A DNA stretch of 60,670 nt, the filler included, from Sphacelaria rigidula (taxonomy: Eukaryota): the NCBI GenBank assembly GCA_964200075.2. It is 4 parts of 4 records of this genome, joined end to end, with 100 filler letters (N's around TTAATTAATTAA, not from the genome) between each part and the next. Parts side by side here need not be neighbours in the genome. Positions count along the whole stretch, not along the records: positions 30,388 to 45,480 come from CAXNAA020001910.1; positions 45,581 to 60,670 come from CAXNAA020001911.1; 2 more parts are not named here. One strand, 5' to 3'. Below are positions 35,816-48,500 of the stretch, piece by piece. A program made the position numbers and the translations under genes. Each line of letters opens with the position of its first letter. Position 1 is the stretch's first letter. The notes under the pieces were generated by a model, which saw only the letters and a program-made list of their open reading frames with translations, had not been told where the DNA came from and made no database searches.

Positions 35816-37954
35816 GTTGATCGCCAGCCCGGCACACCGCACTATGCTGGGACCTCGCGCCATACCAGCAGTGCTATACTGTATGAGTGGTAGAAGTATA
35901 GTGGATAGGACTTGTGATAAGTGATTGTGAACAAACTGTAGCGGGACCCCTACCGTACAGGTACGAACCTAGCGACTTCATGACACAAGTCGTACCGCGA
36001 TGAGTTTAACCTCTTCCCGCACGGCACAGCCTCGTTCCACTACTCTCGACCATCGGGGTACGAACCGACTACTTCGCTCGAACTGTTCGGTCATGTACCA
36101 CTTCAGCGACGGGGGTGAAATCTGACGCGAACGATGCTCGGCGGTTGAGTGGTCAAGTTGCATTTGGACAACTTAGAGCAGAGTTAGTGGGTTCAAACCC
36201 TGGTATCGCCCCCCCCCCCCAAAAAAAGACACAAGTTCGATGGCGATCTATCGGAGTTTGCGAGATTCTACAGTATTTGATTCCGAGAGGCTTCGCACTC
36301 GTCTCTTGAGGGAGAGGGGAAAAAATACCAAACCACGATATTGCGAAAGAAAAACACTCGAGTGATAGGCGAGCGCAGCGAAACGAAGCGACTCGTCTGC
36401 AAGGACAATACTCACCCTTCGGCGACGATTTTTCTGGGGTCATCTCTATTGAAAGGCAATACAGGTAACTCTCACGAGGCCCGAAGACACTGTTCCGCGA
36501 TCAAGAGCTGTTTACTCTCGGTACTTGGCAAGAGGTAATTAGGACGGGTCTTGACACGGACGAATGGGCTTCATCGACTTCCCGACAAATACGACGAGAC
36601 GAGGACACTTCACTTTGCTGATCAATAGCTACAGCTCGAGCCATGGTCAGAGGGGGGGACTGCAGCCGCTACAAGCGGTTATGCTGTAGGTCCGTGTCAA
36701 ACAAGTTCGTGCGCCGCCCCGTAATCGATACCTTCATATTAGCCTAGCCTACGGACGCACATCATTAATCGAACCGGCCATTATGATTTTTTTGTATCTC
36801 TTAACTTTATAAAAGTAAACACAAGGAGTGGGTGAGGTAGGGGCGGGGGGGGGGGAGATCGCGACAACCCATTGTATCGCGTGACTGGAAGGATTGTTTT
36901 GATCTTGTACTGTTACGACCTTTTTAGCTGGACCTGGGACACGACCCAACGGAGAATATTCTTTGGGAACCGGAGCGCCGAGCGACCGAGGGGTCTGTTG
37001 AGGGCATGCCGACGTCAACGTTTCTGTTTCGGCTTGCCAATACAGTAAGCGGGAACCCTCGAGTCTTGCTGTTGGAGGTATCTCAACCTCGAGATTCTCG
37101 GTATGTTTCACAAGTAATTTTCAGTCACTGTAAATATACGGGGGCGCTGGAATTTAATACACCTCTGTCGAGGGGTGGCGACAGGCTGCTGGTGCCCAAT
37201 TAGCTCATGAATCAGCCAGAAACATATACGCGAAAATTCTAGACTAGTTCACTACATCATGGTTTGCCAGACAATATCGAGCGAATATGGCCATAACAAC
37301 GTCGCACGGTACTTAGAACAGTACAGCACAGCACAGCACATCGGGCAACGAACAAAACAACGAACGCGTCAGTCACACGCACAGAAACTCAACAGCCTGT
37401 GGTCCCCCAGTCCACAGCTTCGTCCTTCAACATAAACATATGCATGCCAGGTGCTGGAGAACAGAGACTACTGTTCGCTGATAATTCGGAAAATAAGTTA
37501 AAACGTGCGTCCTCTTGTATGTAGACGGGAAAACAGGAAATAGGCGTTTTCCTTTCTTGTGTTTGGGGATGGTGAAAGGGTTAACTCTTCGCCATCAAGA
37601 GTAGGTCGGCTGTTGAATCGGTATCAATTTTACTTGCAAGAAATACACATGATCCCGATGGACTACTCTCAGGGTATCATCAGGGTTGAGGATGGCATGT
37701 GAACACTTTGAACTGGCCTGAAAGCACGTGTTTCGGGTTTCCAAGTCGAAGTGGCGATATTGAGAGAGGGGAGGGCTCATCGAGGATGGGGTGATGTGCT
37801 ACGATCAATGCACGTGCACGGTAGGGATCAAAGGAGCGATCGATGCCACAGACGAATCGTATCTCTTGAGGGGGGGTTACTTCTCGTCCCGAAAAAAAAA
37901 GTAATGAAAATATAAACCAATGAAGGCAGTGGAGAGCAAGTTTGTCGTGGGTAC

Positions 37955-38180
37955 AAAGTTCGACTGCACAGTCGACGAAGAAAAGGGACCGCTGAGCCCC
38001 TCTCGCGACAAAAAGGGCGAGCACCGCAGAAAAAAGGTAGGGGTACTGTAATGAAACAAAAAAAAAACGGGAAAAAAACGCCGGTAGTGACCATCCTTCC
38101 TGTGTGACCCCAGCTGACGCGCCTACATATATATATATATATATATATGACGAAAGGTGTGGACTGGCGTGCAGAACAGA
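37955..38180. repeat. Dispersed non-coding repeat, copy 3 (same family as 1905-2130)
   Basis: GTCGACGAAGAAAAGGGACCGCTGAGCCCCTCTCGCGACAAAA...GCACCGCAGAA...TGACCCCAGCTGACGCGCCTACATA. Confidence 0.85.
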
Positions 38181-41100
38181 TGGCTTGACAACCCACACTC
38201 TCACTGACGATACCACGAAGAGACAACATTGCTACAGGGACAACAGAAACAGCAATCTACTTGCTGTTGAATATGTCAGGAATCCAGAGTTCATTTGAGT
38301 TACAGCACCTCGAATATTCGAACTTGCCATGACACGCTTTTTCTGTCGCATAATCAAAATTTCAGAACTTCTTCTCTGATATCAAACTGGTGCCGCGCTA
38401 TCTTGATAAAATATGGATCTTCACAGAAGGAGAGATGGATCAATACTGGTTCGTAAGTGATCGTTACGGAGCCAAATCGACACGGACGACCAACACATGA
38501 ACGACCAGTGAACCAAAACATGACCACACGTATTGCTGCCTGAAGGTCGAACCAGGACCACGGGAAGCTCAACAGTTTACTCGGAGAATGTTTTGGGAGG
38601 CTTCTTTGATTTTTCATCAAACCGTATCCACGGTGGCCGTAAAAAAAATGGTGCGAACGTTCGATATTTGGATCTTTAACCGCGCCGTTGGCCCCCTGCG
38701 CCCGCCAGCGTACGGGGTTCACAGTCTCATCAACCTCTACACAACGCACACATTGCTCAGAGAGCATCCTGTGTAACATGGAGGTGGAGTAGCAAATGCC
38801 GTACAAAATACGGACGCCACGCACGTCATCATGAATAATACTTCCAGCAGCAACGCAACTCTTTCTCAGCTACAGGGCGTTTCACTTCGTCAAGACCTCA
38901 TCACAAGACGGAACTCCCTTCAGCTTGCTCGGTAATTTCGGCAAATCGAAAATGAACCGGGACAGAATCTGCATAATTAAATTAGCGGGCTTCGAAGCCC
39001 GCATCACGAGCCAAACCTCCCACGCACAGATTACGGTAACCCAAAGTGAACTGACAAAAGCGCGACTCTGGCCGGGTGTTCTAACTCGGCACTGGCCCAA
39101 AATTGAACACCTACCCACGATCAGACGGGGGACTAAAACATGGGACACGTCCTATTTCACCACTGTACCGCAGCAAACACACTCAAGCCTTCCCTCATGT
39201 GTTGGAGCTCCCACTGTCTGTTGTGTTGTGGTGTATTCACGCATTGCGAAGACGGTTTGGATTGCATGAGCTGCGATATTGTCGTTGTGTTCGTCTCTCC
39301 AGAAAACAATGTTAGTCGGCCCGCAGTGCTGGCTGCACACTGTTGAAAGCTTCATGGGTGAGTTGACTGTTTCGTCTTCGGTAAGACGAACAACGCGCTA
39401 TCCGTTACTGCGACACCCCTGCTGGTGCCGTGCGTTGGGCGCCTGCACTCTACCGTACTGCTGTACTGTGTTCGGAGTACAATACTGTATCACCTATGGT
39501 ACTGTATTTGTCTGAAACGCGCCACGAGTTAGACCGCACAACGTTTGGTTTTAGATTACTGCCCTGGCGATTCCCAAGCGAAATGGAGCGATATGATTGC
39601 TAAGTTACCGAGCGATCTGTCCCGCTCCAAATGCAGTCTGCAGTAATTTCATGATTTCGTTGTGGCTGCGATCAACTACTGCTTCGAGTCGAACCATGGA
39701 TATTTGTGAACATAGATACAGCGTTTTTTCTTGTGGTGGCTTTAGTACTTTTCGTATTTTACGAGCGCAGGTACAGGGTAGAGTCATGGTTGGGCCCGCC
39801 CGTTGCCAGGGGGTCCCTGGTCGGCTTTTAATGGGGTCAGGAAAATAATGAAAACTAACTGGGGCTGCGTGAGGTTATTCCCAGGAAGATCTATTTGTGC
39901 CACACGTCCTGCGACTACTGCTGTACTATTGTAGATTTATGAATGATGTTCCCTAAGCAAAGCTACTCGTAGTGTCCATCGTACGAAGGACTTGAATAAA
40001 AAAATGTTAGAAGCGAGACCCGCCGAAATGGAAATTTCAAGGACGATTTTTACGGGCCTGGGCGGAGGCAACCTTGAGATACGGATAGTGCACATATGCA
40101 CGTGATATGCACGTGAAACTCTATTCTGCTTAACTTGGTCGAAGTATAAAGTAGGAAATACACTGGTATACTACCCCACACAAGAGTGGAACGATCCACT
40201 ATCGATTATACCTGTGGTCTCCTGTTTTCATTTCTTCTCGGCATACGACAAAACTTCAACACGCCTGAACACAAGAGTCACGGATTGACACATGGTAATT
40301 TTAGGTGAACGGATTGGGGTACGCTCTACTGCGCAAGAGGCAGCCCCCGTGGATCGGTTGGAGGCCGCGAAGTCAAGTACCCGCGGTGGGGACGAAACAG
40401 AGTACAGGAGATTTACGGTACGCCAACCAGTTCATCGGGATAAACATACTCACACCAAATACAGTGTCACAAAGGCAGCATATAAATACGTACATGTCAC
40501 ATGAGCGGGAGGAGGGAGAAACTCATGCATGTACTGAACGCATGTCGGTGATGGAAAAAACGCCAAAACCGAGTTCCTTCCGACTGCAAGCTCTCACTGG
40601 GACACCCATCCGTCAACGACATTGACATAAGGTAGGATGAACTCATACGCGAAAGATAAAAACAATGACGCAGTTCGTCGACCAATGCTGTGATTGGGGT
40701 ACAACCCGACATGAGCGCAAGCGCCAAGACGTACGGGGATAGGAAGGGTGCGTTTCGCGTATACCGGTGCCCAAAACGTCACCTCACGAGCAAAAAAAGT
40801 TGCCAGCTACACTCGATCTGAACAAAGTTGAGGAATAACCTCGAAGACCGAAAAGTGCTGTGGTTTTGATATCACGATCATCACGATGAAAAAACAGGAT
40901 GCATGTGCGCCTGGCTGTCGTTTCGAACTTGTACCCCCGATAAAGGCGTTCCGAAAAATCATCCACGCACTGCAAAGTCCGCACAACGCATTTGACACCG
41001 CATAGGACACTCTACAAGTATCGAACACTTGACCTTGTGTGATCAGTTCGTATGCAACATTCGTGTAAAAGTATACGAACAGAAATCACCACATCTGACG

Positions 41101-41880
41101 TAAGGGAGCATGCTGTTGCGATATCAACACAACAACGCAGAAACTGCGGTCATGACAAAACAGTAACTGTTGGCTGCACACACATGCCCTCTCCGCCAAA
41201 ACGCTTCACAACTTTTTCTTCTGGGAGAACCGAGTGACTGTAAAGGATTATATAAAACCAGTGGCAGCGTTTGTTCGGCGATGACCACGTCGTACAGGTA
41301 CACTATCTGTGGTACGAGCAAAAGTAAACATGACTGAACAACTGTTCGGTTCAGCAGCTCGCAGCACGCAAGACTCAGGTCCGTTTGAGGCGCGATATTC
41401 TTTCATCATCGTATGGAGCGTCCCCTGCAGGCGTTCCGAAGAGGAGGATGAGGAGAACACCCCAAATCGAGAGGGCAGATCAAGAGCTGAAATCTTCGAT
41501 GTAGAACACACAAGAAAAACCAGCACAACACAGCAACAACGCAGAACACACAACCAAAAACAGCACCAAAAAAATGCGTCCTGTACACACCCGCCCGCCA
41601 CATTGAAATGCGCGCACCGTACATGTAGAACCGCTGTAGGGGGAACGCATCAGTAGCCGAGAAAGTTCCCACTATGAACTTCATACAAGACAAATCGTGG
41701 CGACAAAATGCGGTAAACACCGTCGGCAGAATGCATCACACGTTGCGTGGCCTGCCCAAGTCGATCGAATGTGTGGGTATTTCTCGAAAATCACAGCAGG
41801 ATCAGCAAACAGGGGCTCGCCAGTGTAAAAAGGCTCCATAGAACGCCCAAAACACGAAAAACAAAACACTGATGACTAAC

Positions 41881-42879
41881 CTGGGTGACGGGATGCCCAA
41901 CATTCCTCACGTGGAGCACCTTCGAAGGCTCCAAATCAAAGTCGCCAGGTCTGGGCGAACCCCCCCCACCCCCTCCTCTCCTTCTTCTCGGCGAAATATC
42001 TATCTTCAACTCCCCATTCCCTGCTGCTGTATTATCGACGCCACCTTTCGACCTAGGTGACAGGCTGTTGCTGCTGCTCCCAGTGCCACTCCGAGAGCGC
42101 TGCCTATTGTGCCCACCCGGGGTATACTGTTGGTGGTTGCTGCTGCTGCTGCTGCTTCTGCTTATGTTGTTGTCACGGTCGCGGCTCCGGCTCCTGTTCT
42201 CCCGCCGGCCATTGTAGTTAGTGATGGCCGAAGCCGCGCCGATTTGGGGGGACAACGATACAGAGGACATGCTGCCAATGCCACCGCCACTGCCCCCTCG
42301 GCGATGCCTGCGGCGGCGGCCCCCACCGCGCCTGTTGTTCTGTCCTCCCGAACCCGACCCTCCTGCTGCCCCCCTCCCGGACGCTGCCCCTCTGTTTCTA
42401 CTTGTCGATCTCCTCCTTCGTCTGCTGTATCCTCTTCTACTGCTGCTGCTCCCCTCTGGGCTACTACTCCTGCTACTGCCCCTGCTGCTGCTGCGGCCGT
42501 GGCTACTGCGGTCCGAGTTACCATGGCTACGCATGCTGCCTCTGCTTCGGTGGCTCAGTGTATCATCTTCATTGTTGCCATTTTGAAGAACTATGTTGTG
42601 CTCGCCCCCGTGCATGCCGTCATGATGTTCGACGGGAGATGATTTTTGCTCCCTGCCTTCGGACACGGAGTTCATTCCTAGGTGCGTGGTGACACTGTTT
42701 TGGAGATGCTGTTCATGAAATACCCCTTGTTCTTGGTCTTTCGTCTTCAGCGGCGACGAGGAAGGGCTCATGCTTTCAACCACATCCATGCTGGTCGCGA
42801 TATTGCCATCGTCGTGCAACATTCCTGTTCGAGGATTGCTGTTGTTGCTGTTGTTGTCCTCTGCAAACAGATGCGTCAT
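41881..42879 (-). CDS. PTB/hnRNP-L-like RRM protein, first visible exon (long Ser/Arg/Gly low-complexity N-terminus plus start of RRM1)
   Basis: Open frame of more than 330 codons ending DLEPSKVLHVRNVGHPVTQ|GTTAGT, matching the PTB/hnRNP L RRM1 start PS[RK]V[IL]H[IV]R. First ATG at 42879; the frame is open past 43002, so the true start is uncertain. Confidence 0.85.
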
Positions 42880-44114
42880 GCCTTGTGTATCTTCAGTCCT
42901 CCCCCCGCACCCCGCGCCCCCTTCCACCTTGCCCAAATGAAGTTTACCCAACGCGAAGAACAGAAGTTTCGCAGGAACCACAATGTCACACACAAGCCAC
43001 AAATGTTTCGTTGCACGGTCTTTTCGTATTCAACGAAACTGCTACACACTCAGCCTCGTTCTCTTGACCGTCTTTCCTGCCATGACGAAGTCAACAATAG
43101 ATAACGAGAGGCACGAGGAACCAGCAGTGGGTAAAGGCAGCCCAGTAAACTCAAGTACAAACAGTACACAACAGTTCAGTAGTATTGCGCTGACTGTACT
43201 GACTGTACTGACTACTGCCATACTCTTATTACACCATCTGTAGTCCTGTACAGTTGCGAAAATGAACGAATCGCCGATTGCGCGCATGCATGCATACCAG
43301 CGGAGGAACCTGCACTGGGAAGAATCAAAAACACAAAACACGCGTTCTTGTGGAGAGGCCTGGGACTCAGGTATGTTGGATTTCTAAAAAAGTAAAGTCA
43401 CAAGTGAGAATGGTAGTGTCTGTTGCACGCGTGAAGGGCCGTGTGCACTGGTAGAAAGGGATCAAGCAACCAAAGCATTTTTTGCCAGGAGTATTCATCA
43501 ACGAACAGCGTTGTTCTTCTGCCATGCTAGCTATGCGCGTAACGGCATTAACAATGGCAGAATTGATGTGGGGTGATGTGCAAAAGGGCAGTGGTGGTGG
43601 CCGCCTCGTGAGTTCATGTGTTTGATGTGTGTTCTCTCGCGGTGTATAATTATATATACCGAAAACTAGACGTCCACGTGCTTGCATAAATGCAGGTAGT
43701 ACATATCTGATGCATGCTTGTGCAGCAAGACATTCCTCATTATAGTGCCTGACCTGGACTACTGCTACGCACGAAGCCCCGCACAAGCCTTTGATTACTC
43801 ACCCTTCGTGTGGCCGCTGCAAAAAGTAATGTTCGCTCGGGGCGGCTGGTCTCTTACTTTGTGTAAGGACCCATCGATAACGCATACCCTGTGTCGTTTT
43901 CTAAACCTGTCTAGTTTCACTATGAACCATTTTCAATAGGGCACAGTTTAGTGAAACACCATGTACAGTCTGTAGTACACCGTGGTAGACAACAACACCA
44001 CAGGAGACAGCTTTCTACACGCCTCGGGCTTATCACATACATTGTGTAGAACACTCTTGGATACATGCACGCTTTGGGTTTGCCGTTGATATCCAACTAA
44101 CATCATTCGCGACG

Positions 44115-44513
44115 ATGTACTTCGTGTACGGATGTCCCAAGGTGCTATCCCTCAAGTCACATCAGCAACAACATGGCGCTGCCACCCCACCCGTCGACAA
44201 CAGCTCCAACGTAGGCCAAGAGGAAATCCTGGCTATCGCCTTCAATCCCTCGGGTTCCCTGCTCGCCGTAGCTTCCACATCCCGCATTTGCGTATGGTCC
44301 GGGGGCAAAGACCACGTCCCGCTGGGATCCACCGCTGTGCGATTGCGAGCGCTGTCTTCCGGCGGCTCGGGCCTTCTCTGGCGGCGAGATTCTGGAGCAG
44401 TGAGTGTGGTATCCGAAGCGGGGAAAGTCTTGTTGGTATCGATCACCCGGAAGACCGGACGCGCGCCGACTGTGGGGGAGAGGTTTGCTGTGCCAGATTG
44501 GTTTGAGCCTCAG
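44115..44513 (+). CDS. RIC1: RIC1 (Rab6/Ypt6 GEF subunit, WD40 N-terminus), exon 1
   Basis: MYFVYGCPKVL resembles the conserved RIC1 start MY[FM]xxGWP, followed by WD-like ILAIAFNPSGSLLAVASTSRICVWS and LLWRRDSGAVSV. Donor CAG|GTGTGT, phase 0. Confidence 0.8.
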
Positions 44514-45480
44514 GTGTGTATGAACGATGAAGAGATATAGGTCTCGAATGTTTGTGCTGGCAATGAAACCTCATGGGTGCATTTGTTTCCAGCAGCGATG
44601 CTTGCATGACTGTGATGATACGTTACGGGTCCTTGATGGAACAATCCACGGTTAGGACAAATCATCACGACTCAAAATCATCGAATTCACGATTCCTTCG
44701 GCCTGATCGCCAAAAAGAGAGAAAAACGTGCATCGCTGGTTCAAGGGGTATCCACGCAACTTTTGCGCCNNNNNNNNNNTCGTCACGAGTCGACTCACTA
44801 TACTAAAACCAAGTAATTTTCAGACGAATCATTATTTGTCCGACCCTTGGAACAATCAGTAAAGGGAGCTGAAGCACCAAGGAATTGCCCCAGAGAGATA
44901 CACCTTGCACCCTCGCCGTGCAATTTTCTGCTCCGTGCATCATTGACGCAGCACTCTGGCCAAGTAATTATCTCCCTGATGGTGGGTATGTGGCACGTGT
45001 ATTCCCAAAGGTGTGGACATGAATTGTTTCCCTTGTGGACTATGGCACGATGGTGCAGTGCGATGTGTTCTGATTTGGATCCTGCCAGAACATGGACAAG
45101 ACGAGTCGTGTGCCAGAGACGGCCATGATGTCGGAAGGGAAAGCAGTTCGCTCGCGTGCTGGTTGGGTACGCATTTTCCTATAACTCTGCATGATCTCGA
45201 GTTTCTCTGTATATAAAGTAGCAGGGTGACTACAGTATAGTACAAGTCGGTGTGCAACAGTTCAATAGTTACCTCGTTGCACCGGACAGGGTAAGCAACG
45301 CCGGACTTGTTGTAAGAGCAGTGGTGAAAAAAGTCACCTTGTATTTCGTGGTTTCTGGCGATTCTTCACGGTACAGACGTTGATTGTTTTTTCCAGCGTT
45401 TCGCCGGCGATAAGGTCATCTTATCACAGGCACCGTAGGTAAGGTACCGTACCGAGCGTACCCCCAGTATTTCCCGGGGT

Positions 45481-45580
45481 NNNNNNNNNNNNNNNNNNNN
45501 NNNNNNNNNNNNNNNNNNNNNNNNTTAATTAATTAANNNNNNNNNNNNNNNNNNNNNNNNNNNNNNNNNNNNNNNNNNNN
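45481..45580. other. Artificial linker N44-TTAATTAATTAA-N44
   Basis: Identical to the other two linkers. Confidence 0.98.
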
Positions 45581-48500
45581 CGAGTGGCGTGTTTTATAGC
45601 GTTATCGCCAACCGACGCCAACCCCATCGGGGGTCCATTAGAGGGGGGGGGGGGGAGGGGGTTATCAAGAATGAACGCAAGCGGTTTGCGTAATTTGAAT
45701 TCCAACGTGTATGAACGACGATCCCGCCATGTCTTGACGCGTGCTCAAAAATACGGTTTCTTCACCGAGAGTTCACGTTCACCTTTCCCCGTAAATGTCT
45801 GCCTTCCTGCCCAAAACAAACTGCCGAGAGAAGTGACCACTAGAACTCGAGCACCACGTACACGAAAATACACGTTGCTGCTGTTCGTAGAAAATACGCT
45901 TACAAAACCTCGGAACATCTTCGCAGAACAAACTTCTCGAGATCAAGTGCAAGATGCAGTACGAGTTGCTCGTCTCATTTCCGATTTCAAAACCGCACCT
46001 CTTCCATCGCTTCCTTCGGAGGCCCCCCAGGTACCCAAATCCCACCCCTCGCTGCCCACACCCAATATCGACTCGCTTCTCCAGTAGCCCCGAGGGATTC
46101 CACGCCGGCGCATGGGTCTCCTGTAAACCAGGAAAAGCACACTTTACTCCGCCCCGCTTCTCCTTCAGTTCCATTCACCAGACCTTTCCCCTCCGGCCCA
46201 TCATGAGCCACGCGCGTTTCCTCACGAGAAGCGGCTTCACCGTTCCCGGTGGCTTCAACTTCTTGCGCAGATTGGATTTTTGTGGAGGCCTCGTTTTTGA
46301 CTGTGATGCCGTCGCCACCTCTGCACCATGCAACGTTTCCCCCGATTTTCGTATCCTCTTCTCCACACATCTCAAGCGACAGCTGTGCAGATTCGTATCT
46401 AGGCAAAATACGTTTGGGATATGCGTTGGTGCAGTGGTTAGTCGAGCGCTGTTCGGGCGGTGGATGCGAATGCATATATAGCGACTGGGTAGATGGGCAG
46501 GGTGTATCTGATGTTGTTCGTCGGGATTCAAGAAATAGCTGCTCCAAATACATACGCAAGTTAAGCGGCAGAACTAATCGCGGTTCAGCATCAGTAGCAC
46601 AGATCGCAGTAACTGAAGAGGTAGACCACCCGTCGTGGGATAGTGAAGAGCTCACTGTAAAGACAGAAGTGTCACAATCATCAAGAGCTGTCAGGACAGT
46701 GAAGAGTTTGGTACGTGACGTCAAAGCTATGACGTGTTGGATGAATGGTCGAGAGGTTGACATCGCTTGATATCGCTTGACATCGCCTTCGCTATTATCC
46801 TTCAAAGCTACCTATCTCAAGCAGGCTCACCAGCTTGTCATCAGTTTGGTTTCTAATAGAAACTGATTGTGTTCGATTCTGTGTTCGCCCATGTGAAGCA
46901 CCAGTGAAACCATCTTTTTCGCCTCTGCTGCACGAACCAACTGTTTTACCAACATTATACATCCTCTGCGAGCTCCCTTGTCAGAGCTGGGTTTACGAGT
47001 TGAATCGTTGTTCCTATCTCCTGGCAGTTGCAACACTGTGCTGCACATTTTTTGACACAGGCAAGTCACATTTCCAATACTGTGAACCCAAGCGGAGTAA
47101 GCATCAAGGTGAACACAAAGATAGCGATGAGAGACTGGGTACCCAACACCTCTTCATGCCCAAGCATCTACGAGAGAAAAAAAACGCCGAGGCAGAGGAG
47201 ACATGTCCGTAACGCTAGTATGGACAAAGGTATCCAAGGTAATATCTTCACCTTGATAATCCGGCGTGGAAGTATACCAACGCACCAACCCGGGAGTGTC
47301 TCGTAACGCAAAGGTAACGATAAACATGTTACGAAGGACGAAATACGCGGCAAGCCGTACAGACAGATACCGGTATAACACTACCGTATCATACGGTCCA
47401 GTGTGCAAGTCGCCCCCCGAGAGCTTTCATCTTGTGCTTGAGAAAAAAACGAGATATTTTTATGTTATTACAACCACCTCTTGTGCGAAAATCTAGCGAT
47501 GGAATCCAATCCGTACTCGGAGATGAGACTCGGTAAACCAAGTCCGGGTTTCCGACCCGTACCCTTTTGCATATTTGCGGGTATGCGTGATCCGGATACA
47601 GTACAGCAAATATTGGCGATCCGAAGCCGATACGCCGACGCGTCGATCAAATGCATGTTTCCCCTCTTATTTACTCCGGTCGATTATTCCTTTGTCCTCT
47701 CGAGAAGCAATGCTGCGATGCTCGCGATGGCTCAGAGGTGTCGCGCTAACTGCGGCAAATCTTTTGCAATCTTACTTCGGGGATGTACTTTGCAGCTGTC
47801 TCAGTGGGTCTGCACAAACCGCACAGTTTTCCCGGAGGGGAATATAAACGTGGCAACCATAGGGGCCATGCCAAGGTGTACCACATAATCCAACAAAAAC
47901 CACATGGACCAGGGAGCCCCTTTGAACCCGCGAACCAAAAACATACGAGTACAGCCCAGGCCGAAGTTGTTGATCAACTTAACGCGTAGTCCTTGGCTTC
48001 CGTCAAATCTGTATACAATTCAGCGAGTAAACCTGTATTAAACGCGTACCGATGGCACCTAAACAAAAGGCGATCAGCGGCAGTTTGTGACCGTGAAAAC
48101 AATATGTACGCGATCGCCGATCGTCCAACCCCGAAACGGAATATCGCTCAAGGCCACTGTGTGTATATGAGCAAGGACTAGCTGTGGAGCCTGTGGGCGT
48201 GAGAGGTGGGAGTCTGCACGCGTTTTGGGGAGGCTCAGTATGAAGGTGATTCCTTTCTTTGTCTCGCCTGTTCTGTACCAGCATGATGAGGTTGGATCAA
48301 ACTACCACTGCTGGAAACGCCGCGTGTTGATGACTTTGCACAGAATTAGATCGGATCTGGGAAACCAAATTTCTTCCAATGAGAATCGAAGTCTTCGGAG
48401 ACCGATTTGACGGTAAAAGAAAATCTGTCCCGACAACACACGACGAGATGATGACGCTCAAATTGCCATTTCACGGAACAGGGAGAAGATAAGCATTTAC

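Noticed and set aside
41885-43104. Several long plus-strand and alternative-frame ORFs overlapping the PTB-like exon
   Set aside because: Antisense shadows of a GC-rich low-complexity coding exon.
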